Assembly: GCA_031414595.1 (NCBI GenBank)
Contig: JANNVX010000032.1
Location: 6,947-70,946, forward strand
Length of the DNA stretch: 64,000 nt
Reading direction: 5' to 3'
Source of the DNA: Deinococcales bacterium
GTDB taxonomy: Bacteria > Deinococcota > Deinococci > Deinococcales > JAAFIG01
Every line of letters begins with the position of its first letter. Position 1 is the first letter of the stretch. Shown here piece after piece: positions 27,027 to 35,537 of this stretch. The position numbers and the translations under genes are program-made. Below the pieces are notes generated by a model. That model was not told the origin of the DNA, searched no databases, and worked only from the letters and a program-made list of their open reading frames with translations.

Positions 27027-28496
27027 ATGAGTTCAGCTTCGGCATTGGTTTCTAAAGTTTGGAGTCTCGCCCATGTATTGCGGGACGATGGTGTCAGTTA
27101 CGGCGATTACCTCGAGCAGATTACGCTTTTGGTGTTTCTAAAAATGGCGCAAGAAGATTTTGAATTGACTTCTGGTTTTGTGGATTTGCCAGTGCGAACC
27201 ACCAATCCCGAAGTGCTTTCTTGGTCGGAGTTGCGCTCAAAAAGTGGTGTGGCACTCGAGAACTATTACCGTTATGTGCTGACCACTTTAAGTACCCATA
27301 CGGGTTTACTCGGGGTTATTTTTCGTAAAGCCCAAAACAAAATTCAAGACCCCGCCAAACTCGAGCGGGTGATTAAACTTATCGATGGTGAGGTTTGGCG
27401 GGCATTGGATGTTGATGTCAAAGGCGAAATCTATGAGGGTTTACTCGAGCGCAACGCCAAGGATATTAAAAGCGGAGCGGGGCAGTATTTTACGCCGCGC
27501 CCTTTAATAGATGCGATGGTACTGGTCTGCCGTCCGCAATTGGGGTACAAAATCGCTGACCCCGCCTGTGGTACGGCTGGTTTTTTGATTGCGGCGCATC
27601 AGTTTATTTTGAACAGCAAACAAAACCTCAATGCCGAACAGCGCCGAGTTTTGCGCGAAGAAATGTTTTTTGGGGTGGACATTGTGGATAGCGTGGTGCG
27701 TTTGGCGGCGATGAATATGTATTTGCATGGCATCGGTGGCGAAGCCGAATCGTTGGTGCGTGCCGATGATTCATTGCGTTCTAAACCGAGTACCTTGGTG
27801 GATTTGGTGTTGACCAATCCGCCTTTTGGTAAAAAAAGCAGCATCCGAATTATCAACGAAGAAGGCGACGAGGAACGCGAAGCCCTGACCTACTCGAGGG
27901 ATGATTTTTGGGCAACCACCAGCAATAAACAACTTAATTTTGTACAACACATTGTCAATATGCTTAAAATTGGTGGCTTGGCGGCGGTGGTGCTGCCAGA
28001 CAATGTGTTATTCGAGGGCGGCACGGGCGAAACAATTCGTAAGAATCTCTTAAAAACCTGCGATGTCCATACATTGCTGCGGCTTCCAACTGGGATTTTT
28101 TATGCCCAAGGGGTCAAAGCCAATGTTTTGTTCTTTGAGCGCAAGGCTGGCTCAGACACCGCCCAAACACAGCAACTTTGGGTCTACGATTTACGCACCA
28201 ATCAGCATTTCACCTTAAAAGAAAATCCGCTTTTACCCAAGCACCTGACCGACTTTATCGCTTGTTACAACCCAGAAAACCGCTTTGAACGTTTTGAAAC
28301 CGAGCGCTTTAAGGCATTTAGCTACACCGATTTAATGGCAAGGGACAAAGCCAACTTGGATATTTTTTGGCTGCGAGATGAATCGCTCGAGGAATCCGAT
28401 AACTTACCCGCCCCAAGTATTCTAGCCCAAGAAATCATGGATGATTTAGAAAGTGCCATGACCGCTTTTAGCAATGTGGCTGAATCGCTAAATTAA
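27027..28496 (+). CDS. hsdM: type I R-M N6-adenine DNA methyltransferase
   Basis: HsdM N-terminal domain. SAM motif DPACGTAGF. Catalytic NPPF. Confidence 0.85.
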   Translation: MSSASALVSKVWSLAHVLRDDGVSYGDYLEQITLLVFLKMAQEDFELTSGFVDLPVRTTNPEVLSWSELRSKSGVALENYYRYVLTTLSTHTGLLGVIFRKAQNKIQDPAKLERVIKLIDGEVWRALDVDVKGEIYEGLLERNAKDIKSGAGQYFTPRPLIDAMVLVCRPQLGYKIADPACGTAGFLIAAHQFILNSKQNLNAEQRRVLREEMFFGVDIVDSVVRLAAMNMYLHGIGGEAESLVRADDSLRSKPSTLVDLVLTNPPFGKKSSIRIINEEGDEEREALTYSRDDFWATTSNKQLNFVQHIVNMLKIGGLAAVVLPDNVLFEGGTGETIRKNLLKTCDVHTLLRLPTGIFYAQGVKANVLFFERKAGSDTAQTQQLWVYDLRTNQHFTLKENPLLPKHLTDFIACYNPENRFERFETERFKAFSYTDLMARDKANLDIFWLRDESLEESDNLPAPSILAQEIMDDLESAMTAFSNVAESLN

Positions 28497-28550
28497 CCAC
28501 TTCTCGAGCCACCACAAAACCGCGTATAATCGCAGAATGCAAACAGTTTT

Positions 28551-28934
28551 GTGGAGGAAGACGTGAAAGGCACAATCAACGTCACAGAAAATGCCCTCGC
28601 CAGTTTACTTGGTCTAGCGGCGCATGAAGTTCCGGGTGTGGTTGGTATGGCACCGGCAAACCTCAAAGAAGGGATTCAAAAAATTCTTGGACAACCACAG
28701 TCTCGAGATGGCGTGGTCGTGGCTGGCGAAGGCACAACCCGTACTTGCGAAATCTTTGTGGTGGTGGCGTTTGGTACAGCCATTCATGCTGTGGCAGAAA
28801 ATGTCAAAGACCGTATTGTGCATACCGCCAAAGCCCTTGCTGGGATTGAACTCTCGAGTGTGCGGGTGCATGTGGTCGGGGTGGCTAAACCGGGTGCAAA
28901 TAACGTGAAGAAAAAAGGGGCGCGAGGTGGATAA
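28551..28934 (+). CDS. Asp23/Gls24 family protein
   Basis: Typical alkaline-shock-protein N-terminus. Paired with a DAK2 gene. Confidence 0.7.
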   Translation: MEEDVKGTINVTENALASLLGLAAHEVPGVVGMAPANLKEGIQKILGQPQSRDGVVVAGEGTTRTCEIFVVVAFGTAIHAVAENVKDRIVHTAKALAGIELSSVRVHVVGVAKPGANNVKKKGARGG

Positions 28935-30522
28935 CATAACCAGTCAGCAATTAGCCGAGTGCTTTATTTACGCCACCGACTGGCTTGGCGTGTACAAAGA
29001 AGAAACCAATGCCCTAAATGTCTATCCTGTGCCAGACGGCGATACAGGCACAAACATGCACCTCACCATGCAGAGTGTGCGCCGTGAACTCGATGTCGCC
29101 AACCATGCCAATATGCCCGATGTGACAAGGGCTATTTCTTATGGTTCGTTGCTGGGCGCTCGGGGCAACAGTGGTGTAATTTTAAGTCAACTCTTAAAAG
29201 GCTTTGCCGAAGTGGTACGCGAACAAAGCAGCATTAGCGCCCAAACCCTGACCGAAGCCTTAGAACGCGCCACCAAAATTGGGTATGCCGCCGTGATGAA
29301 GCCCGTCGAAGGGACAATTCTGACCGTGGCTAGGGAGACCGCCGAAGCTGCTCGGGCAGCGCTCACTGCCAATCCGAATCTGAATGTCCTCGAGTTGCTG
29401 CAAATGGCATTAAAAGGCGGGTATATTAGTCTCGAGAACACCACCAATTTACTGCCAGTGCTAAAACAAGCCGGCGTGGTGGATTCTGGCGGGGCTGGTT
29501 TTTTACATGTACTCAAAGGCATTGAAGCCAAACTCACTAACTTGCCACTGCCCGAAGCACCGTTAATTGAATCTTACGCCCAAGACCAATTTGAAAACGA
29601 GGAATTTGGCTACTGCACAGAATTCCTGCTCGAGAATGCGGTTAAATCGGCAACCGAAATCCGTGAAATTGTTCAAGAATTTGGTGATAGTTTACTGGTT
29701 GTCGGCGCAGAAGGTTTTGTCAAAGGGCATATTCACACCGATAACCCCGATGCGCTGCTGGCAACCGTGGCACGCTACGGCAAAATGATTCGCTCAAAAA
29801 TTGAGGATATGTCTGAGCAGCACACCGAAATTCTTGCGATGGCAGGCGCAGCCAGCAAAGCCGAAACGCCAACAACAGGTGCGGTTGCGGTGGTTTCGGG
29901 GTACGGACTGGTCAAGGTTTTTCGCAGTCTCGGGGTGCGGATTATTTCGGGTGGGCAAACCCAAAACCCCAGTGTCCAAGATATTCTCGATGCTGCCAGA
30001 AGTGTTGAGTCTGATGATGTGATTGTCTTGCCAAACAACAAAAATGTGATTATGGCAGCCCAAAAAGCCGCCGAACTCGAGACCGAAAAACGGCTTCATG
30101 TGATACCAACCCGCACACTTGGGCAGGGCTTGGGGGCAGCCTACCGCTACCTCAAAGACAACACCAGTGCCGAACTCATCCCAGAAATGACCGAAGGTAG
30201 TTCTCGAGTCCTAACTTTTGAAGTCACAAAGGCAAGCCGCACCGCCACCATAGACGGACTAGAAATTAAAGAAGGCGAAGTGATTGGACTGCGTGACGAT
30301 GTACTGGTTTACAACGGCGGCACAGCCGAACAAGCGGTCCTCGAGATGCTCAAAGGTTCATACACGATGCAAGAAATTGTCACAGTCTTTACTGGACCAA
30401 ATGTAAGTGCCGAAACCGCCGAAGGGCTGGTCTCGAGTATTCACGAAACCCTACCGCAACTTGGGGTTGAAGTCATGACGGGCGGACCCGATTTATACGA
30501 TTACCTTGTGACCATGGAGTAA
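28927..30522 (+). CDS. DAK2 domain fusion protein (YloV family)
   Basis: DGDTGTNM Dak2 motif. 531 aa. GTG start overlapping the asp23 end. Confidence 0.75.
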   Translation: MDNITSQQLAECFIYATDWLGVYKEETNALNVYPVPDGDTGTNMHLTMQSVRRELDVANHANMPDVTRAISYGSLLGARGNSGVILSQLLKGFAEVVREQSSISAQTLTEALERATKIGYAAVMKPVEGTILTVARETAEAARAALTANPNLNVLELLQMALKGGYISLENTTNLLPVLKQAGVVDSGGAGFLHVLKGIEAKLTNLPLPEAPLIESYAQDQFENEEFGYCTEFLLENAVKSATEIREIVQEFGDSLLVVGAEGFVKGHIHTDNPDALLATVARYGKMIRSKIEDMSEQHTEILAMAGAASKAETPTTGAVAVVSGYGLVKVFRSLGVRIISGGQTQNPSVQDILDAARSVESDDVIVLPNNKNVIMAAQKAAELETEKRLHVIPTRTLGQGLGAAYRYLKDNTSAELIPEMTEGSSRVLTFEVTKASRTATIDGLEIKEGEVIGLRDDVLVYNGGTAEQAVLEMLKGSYTMQEIVTVFTGPNVSAETAEGLVSSIHETLPQLGVEVMTGGPDLYDYLVTME

Positions 30523-30524
30523 AT

Positions 30525-31343
30525 GTGAATTTTGCCCAGACCCTACACACCCGAATGCTCGAGAAAAACACCCGCCTTTGCTTGGGCTTAGACCCGCGGC
30601 TCGAGTTACATCAAAATAGTGTCGAAAAGGTTGAGCAGCACTGCTTAGACATTCTCGAGACTTGTGCCGACTTAGTGGCTTGCGTCAAACCAAACCTTGC
30701 TTATTACGAAGCCATGGGCATAGCGGGAATGGTGCTGCTCGAGAAAATCTGTGCTTTAGCACGGGTTATGGGCATCCCCGTTATTTTGGACGGCAAACGC
30801 GGTGATTTTCCAAGTACCGCCGAAGCCTACGCCAAGGCATGGCTAACTGGGCAACACGCAGGCAGTGCTTTAACTATGAATCCATTTTTAGGGTTTGAAA
30901 CCATCGAAACTTTTTTAAGTGCAGCAACAGAAAATTCTGGGGCAATTTTTGTGCTGGTCAAAACCAGTAACCCCGGTTCTCGAGACCTTCAAGACCTCGA
31001 GACCAAAAACGGCACGGTTGCAGAGGTGATTGCAACCTATCTCGAGACTCAGACCCAAGGTGTTTACGGCACAGTTGGGGCAGTGGTTGGGGCAACCCAT
31101 GCAAGGCAACTTGAGGCTTGGCGTAAGCTGATGCCGAATGTTTTGTTGTTATTGCCCGGGCTTGGCGCTCAGGGGGCAAAGGCTACGGATTTGGCGGCGG
31201 CATTTGACAAAAGTGGTTTGGGAGCGGTTGCCAGTGCCTCGAGAGCGATTGAGTATGCAAGTATGGGTTCGGATTTTGCTGTGGCTGCTCGAGATGCGGC
31301 GTTGGACTTACGGGATGAACTGAATCAAGCCCTTGGAAAATAA
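30525..31343 (+). CDS. pyrF: orotidine-5'-phosphate decarboxylase (type 2)
   Basis: 272 aa. Conserved KxN LAYYEA region and DGKRGD. Confidence 0.8.
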   Translation: MNFAQTLHTRMLEKNTRLCLGLDPRLELHQNSVEKVEQHCLDILETCADLVACVKPNLAYYEAMGIAGMVLLEKICALARVMGIPVILDGKRGDFPSTAEAYAKAWLTGQHAGSALTMNPFLGFETIETFLSAATENSGAIFVLVKTSNPGSRDLQDLETKNGTVAEVIATYLETQTQGVYGTVGAVVGATHARQLEAWRKLMPNVLLLLPGLGAQGAKATDLAAAFDKSGLGAVASASRAIEYASMGSDFAVAARDAALDLRDELNQALGK

Positions 31344-31404
31344 GTTTCGAGAAAACCAAAACAGGCAAATAAAAAGTCTCGAGACACGAGGTAAACTTAT
31401 CCAT

Positions 31405-31917
31405 ATGTACACGATTAACGACCCAGTATTTGGAAAACTTGAACGACACGGACAAACTTGGCGCGGAAGCTACTGGTTTGAAGCATTACAGCGTGATATT
31501 GAGGTCAATTTATCCTATCAGGACAAGGATTCTCCAAATGAAAAAGAACAAGCTAATTTCCTAAATTTCAAAACTCAAATCGGGCTGATTTTTCCTGCTT
31601 TTGAAAAGGCTTTATTTCATTTTCTCACAGAAAATACTGAATTTTATCGTCAACAGAACAACGGGTGGGAACAAGAAAGTGATATACCTACTCTGAAAAA
31701 CGCCGCAGAAGTTTGGGAAAATCTCGAAATCATGCACATCGAAATTGACTCCGAAAACTATCAAGACATCTGTATCACCCTGATTTGTGATTTCAAATGG
31801 GAAGTAGAACACGGAATTGATATTGACTTCTACAACAATCAAATTGGTATTGCTGAAGGCGGCGCTCACTGGGACGACAAAACACACTATGATTTTGAAG
31901 GTAATCCAATCGAGTGA
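31405..31917 (+). CDS. AT-rich orphan hypothetical protein
   Basis: GC is much lower than in neighbouring genes. SD GAGG then ATG. No recognisable motif. Confidence 0.4.
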   Translation: MYTINDPVFGKLERHGQTWRGSYWFEALQRDIEVNLSYQDKDSPNEKEQANFLNFKTQIGLIFPAFEKALFHFLTENTEFYRQQNNGWEQESDIPTLKNAAEVWENLEIMHIEIDSENYQDICITLICDFKWEVEHGIDIDFYNNQIGIAEGGAHWDDKTHYDFEGNPIE

Positions 31918-31963
31918 TGAAGCTACGGCTTCTCGGGAAGTCAAAGCTCGAACAATCGGGAAG

Positions 31964-32246
31964 CCCCTCTCCCGACTCGCTTAGGCTCGCTACCCTCCCC
32001 CAAACTGCGCTTCGCTGGGGGAGGGTCTGGATTTCGGGCTTTTAATTTTATTTCCGTAAGAAGTGTTTTTAGAACTATGTTTTTGGTTCTTTACCAAAAA
32101 CCAAAGCAAAAAATAACCCGAACAACCCTCTCCCGCGCTTTTTGGTGACTACAACAGACCGAGCGAAGCTCGTGGAAACGCAGGAGAAAAGTAACAAGCA
32201 GTCTAATAGGGTAACGAGCCTAGGCGAGTTGGGTGAGGGTTGGGGC
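31964..32246. repeat. MITE-like element: inverted copies of CCCNACTCGCNTAGGCTCGNTACCC flanking ~190 bp
   Basis: The terminal ~35-bp repeats are inverted with respect to each other. The same motif recurs at 39409-39492. Internal hairpin CCCTCCCCC...GGGGGAGGG. Confidence 0.45.
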
Positions 32247-32354
32247 GCGGTACAGACAATTCATTGTGTACAACAGGTTTTTGTTATTCTACACTATAAA
32301 TCCCCTTAAGTTGATGCCTATGGGTTGGTGAAAATTCTTTGAAATAACAGCGTA

Positions 32355-33869
32355 CTATTTACGGATTCTTACAAGGTCGTTCAGTACACCATCTAAGCCG
32401 TTGGTCACGGTTAGAGTTTGGACTTTTTCAATGATTCTTTCCAGTGCCTCGAGTTCTTTAAGACGCAATGCCACAGGGTTGTCTTCCATGACTTTAGCGG
32501 TGTTCAGCAAATTGCGGGTAGCGGCAGTTTCTTCGCGGCGACGAATCAAGTTGGCTTGGGCTTGTTTTTCGGCTTCAACCACTTTGGCAAGGATGGTTTT
32601 CATTTCGCCGGGCAAAATAATGTCTTTGACACCAACGCTCTCGAGTTGCATTCCTAGCCCCTCGAGTTTGGCGCGAACGATGCTGGCAATATCGCTGTCC
32701 AAGGCTGTTTTTTCCTCGAGTAGCGTATCTAAGCTCTTTGTGCCAATCACACTGCGGAGTGCAAATTGCAGTTCTTTGTACAAAAATGCCACAAAATCTG
32801 AGAGTTGGGCAAATGCCAGTAGTGGCTCGAGAACACGGTAGCCAGCCGTGAGATTCACACGTAGCGCAACTTTATCTTTGGTCAAGATTTCCTGTCCGCC
32901 AACCTCCAAGTTTTGCAAGCGCAAATCGGTGGCGGCGACTCGCACGCTGCGTCCGACTTTCCAGAAGGCATGAACCCCAACATTCAGTGGGCGCTCGAGT
33001 TTTCCATCTAGGAACAATGCGCCTTGGTGGTACTCTGGAACAAGGGCGTATTCGATAAAATTCTCGAGTGGTGTGCCTTTGGCATTCTTGGCGAGGGTTT
33101 GGGGGACATTCAAATCGCTGGTCTCGAGAATTTCAACTTTGGTGGCTTGGTCAAGCATTACCAAAGTATTGCTGCTTGGGGCAAAGGCACTGACAATGGC
33201 TGCACTGCGGCGGATAATCGCAACTTGCGTATCGGTCAGTTCTAGGCGGGTGAATTGCTCGAGCCACTCTGGGTTTTTAGCCAAAATAGCTTCGGCAACG
33301 TTTTTGGCAAGTGGAGCAGCCACAGTTTGCAAGGCAGTCGCAATATCTTCAAGTCCACGCCAGTAAACTCGGCGCTCACCGCTCGGCACAAGGTCTCGCA
33401 CTACGCCGCCTCGAGTCACAATTGCAAATTGCAAGGCAGCAGGGGCAACTTCGGTGAAGTATTTGGTGAGGACTGCTTTGTTACGAACTTGAGCCAGCAC
33501 CGCTCCAGTCTCGAGCAGAACGCCATCCGTAATGTTCAAAGTCAGAACTTTTAGGGCAGTAAATCCTTTCCAGAACAAGGCTTGAGTATTCGGAGCGACC
33601 ACATCGAGGATTTCATCACCTCGAGCAATCAAGGCGACTTCTAAAGCATTGGTTTGTACTGCTTCAAAGTGCTTGCCCACCACATCAGAACGGCGCTCGA
33701 GTAAAAAACTGGTCAGTCCATGCTCAAACCGAGTCCCTTGTGGAAAACGTTCAACGCTGTAACCAGAGCCATAAACCGTGTTTGCGCCAGCCTCGAGAAT
33801 ACGAATAAAACGACCGTGACGGGTGAGAATGCCTTTTTCAATGTCTTTCATTGGAAAATTTTGAATCAT
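32355..33869 (-). CDS. SPFH/Band-7 domain protein with ~300-aa N-terminal repeat extension
   Basis: The C-terminal half has SPFH core and coiled-coil motifs (EAEKQAQANLIRRRE...NPVALRLKELEAL). Start trimmed to MIQNF, preceded by AAAGAGG. Confidence 0.6.
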   Translation of the reverse strand: MIQNFPMKDIEKGILTRHGRFIRILEAGANTVYGSGYSVERFPQGTRFEHGLTSFLLERRSDVVGKHFEAVQTNALEVALIARGDEILDVVAPNTQALFWKGFTALKVLTLNITDGVLLETGAVLAQVRNKAVLTKYFTEVAPAALQFAIVTRGGVVRDLVPSGERRVYWRGLEDIATALQTVAAPLAKNVAEAILAKNPEWLEQFTRLELTDTQVAIIRRSAAIVSAFAPSSNTLVMLDQATKVEILETSDLNVPQTLAKNAKGTPLENFIEYALVPEYHQGALFLDGKLERPLNVGVHAFWKVGRSVRVAATDLRLQNLEVGGQEILTKDKVALRVNLTAGYRVLEPLLAFAQLSDFVAFLYKELQFALRSVIGTKSLDTLLEEKTALDSDIASIVRAKLEGLGMQLESVGVKDIILPGEMKTILAKVVEAEKQAQANLIRRREETAATRNLLNTAKVMEDNPVALRLKELEALERIIEKVQTLTVTNGLDGVLNDLVRIRK

Positions 33870-34165
33870 AATAAACCTCTTTAAGTACAAGGCTAGAAAC
33901 CTTGCCTTTCGCCTTTATCTTTGCCTGCTTTGTCTCGAGTATTTCGGGTCTCAAATGGGCTACTTGGCGCGTGTTCGCTGGGTGGAAAGCGTCTCGAGCA
34001 AATGTTCTGCTCGAGGTGGCATTTCTGGTGGGCGAATCGGTGCTTTGTGCCGATGCGAGACTCGAGGCTTTGGGCTTTACTTTGGGTTTCCCCTTAGTTT
34101 GGCTTCTTGCAACTCGAGACAAAACAGGTGCTGCTTGTGTTGCGTAATTTTTCCGTTTCAAGGAA

Positions 34166-34239
34166 AGTGATTTATGGGAGTCGAACCCATTACCGTCAGT
34201 TTACAAGACTGATGCTCTAACCAGTTGAGCTAAAACCTT
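34166..34239 (-). tRNA. tRNA-Thr(UGU)-like; acceptor stem does not pair as read
   Basis: D-arm GCTCAACTGGTTAGAGC. Anticodon loop CUUGUAA. T-arm ATGGGTTCGACTCCCAT. 5' AAGGTTT against 3' AAATCAC gives only 3 bp. Confidence 0.4.
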
Positions 34240-34241
34240 GG

Positions 34242-34327
34242 TAAAAGATGCAGGATTTGAACCTGCTTGCCCTTGCGGGCGCTCGTTTTTCAGACGAGTG
34301 CGTTTATCCAGTATCCGCCAATCTTTT
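34242..34327 (-). tRNA. type II (long variable arm, Leu-like body) tRNA with apparent GAA anticodon
   Basis: Acceptor AAAAGAT/ATCTTTT. D-arm TGGCGGA...CGC. Anticodon arm CTCGT-CUGAAAA-ACGAG. Variable hairpin GCCCGCAAGGGC. T-arm GCAGGTTCAAATCCTGC. Followed by ACCA. Confidence 0.5.
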
Positions 34328-34330
34328 TTT

Positions 34331-34405
34331 GGTGAAAGGAATCGAACCTCTGACCTCTCGAGTGGTTTACCCATCCCAAGCGCTCTGCCCATCTAAGCTA
34401 CACCG
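34331..34405 (-). tRNA. tRNA-like element; anticodon arm unresolved
   Basis: Canonical T-arm GGTTCGATTCC and D-arm GCTT-AGATGGGCA-GAGC. Only a 4-bp acceptor (GGTG/CACC). The 3' end abuts the next tRNA. Confidence 0.3.
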
Positions 34406-34601
34406 TTTATCTTTGTGCGATATGCAGATTAAGCATGGCTTAAAAGCATCGGCGGGGCATACAGAACCCCAAACCACAGCACGAGATGTAGGAAGTGTAC
34501 TCGAGCAGATGAAGTTGCACATGACTGTTTTAGCTTAGGTTTGGGGTACGCCATTTACTTAGAATTTATCCTGAAATTAAGTGCTGCGAGCAATAGTATT
34601 G

Positions 34602-35537
34602 TTACTTTAATACTTGAATTAACAAAGCAGGGTCGTAATTTCCTCCCGAGACGATACAAACTGTTTTACCGACTGGCTTAAAGGCTTGGCTGCGAATTGC
34701 GGCGGTGGTTAGTGCGCCCGTTGGTTCGACGGCTAATTTGGTCTCGAGAAAGAGGTGTTTCATGGCTTCATAAACAGCCTCTTCGGAAACAGTGATGATG
34801 TCGTCCACCAGCCTACTGATAATTCCAAAATTCAGCACCCCAATCCCTTGAGTTCGCACCCCGTCGCAAATGGTTCGGGTCACTAAACTGGCATCCCATG
34901 AACGGCGTTCTTTAGCGTAAAACGATTCTCTGGCATCGGCGGCGAGTTCGGGTTCTACCCCAATCACACGGGTTTTGGGCGATAAGGCTTTGATGCTGGT
35001 CGCAATTCCAGCCAATAAGCCGCCACCACCAACACAGACCAGCACGGTATCCACATCTTCTAAATCCGAAAGTATCTCGAGTCCGATTGTACCTTGCCCA
35101 GCAATCATTCGGGCATCATCGAATGGGGCAATATACTCGAGACCTTTTTGATCCCGAATGTCCATAGCAACTTTCATTCGTTTGTCCGAGGCATTGGGAC
35201 AGCGCACAATCTCTGCGCCCCAAGCCGCCGTTCGATCTACTTTAATTTGTGGGGCGTTGTGTGGAATCACAATTGTGGCTGGAATGTCGTGCATAAAGGC
35301 AGCCGCCGCCACCCCTTGGGCATGATTTCCGCTCGAGTCTGCCACCACACCACGCGCTCGAGTTTCGGGGTCTAGGCTCGAGATGGCATTGTATGCCCCA
35401 CGAAACTTAAAACTTCCAGTCACTTGCAGATTTTCGGGTTTTAACCAAATCCCGTTCTCGAGTGGTAAAAGCGGTGTGTGCCTTGCAAAACCTTTGATTC
35501 TCGAGGCTGCCATTTGCACATCTTCTAAGGTAATCAC
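34602..35537 (-). CDS. threonine dehydratase (catabolic-type, ~311 aa)
   Basis: PLP motif SFKFRGAYN. Gly-rich PLP phosphate loop. Start taken as GTG after GGAG (MITLEDVQ). Confidence 0.7.
   Translation of the reverse strand: MITLEDVQMAASRIKGFARHTPLLPLENGIWLKPENLQVTGSFKFRGAYNAISSLDPETRARGVVADSSGNHAQGVAAAAFMHDIPATIVIPHNAPQIKVDRTAAWGAEIVRCPNASDKRMKVAMDIRDQKGLEYIAPFDDARMIAGQGTIGLEILSDLEDVDTVLVCVGGGGLLAGIATSIKALSPKTRVIGVEPELAADARESFYAKERRSWDASLVTRTICDGVRTQGIGVLNFGIISRLVDDIITVSEEAVYEAMKHLFLETKLAVEPTGALTTAAIRSQAFKPVGKTVCIVSGGNYDPALLIQVLK

Noticed and set aside
33838-34161. 107-aa Lys-rich ORF (minus strand) as a histone-like protein
   Set aside because: It overlaps the SPFH start by ~30 nt and has no recognisable fold motif or clear RBS. 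It is left as a possible but unsupported small basic protein.
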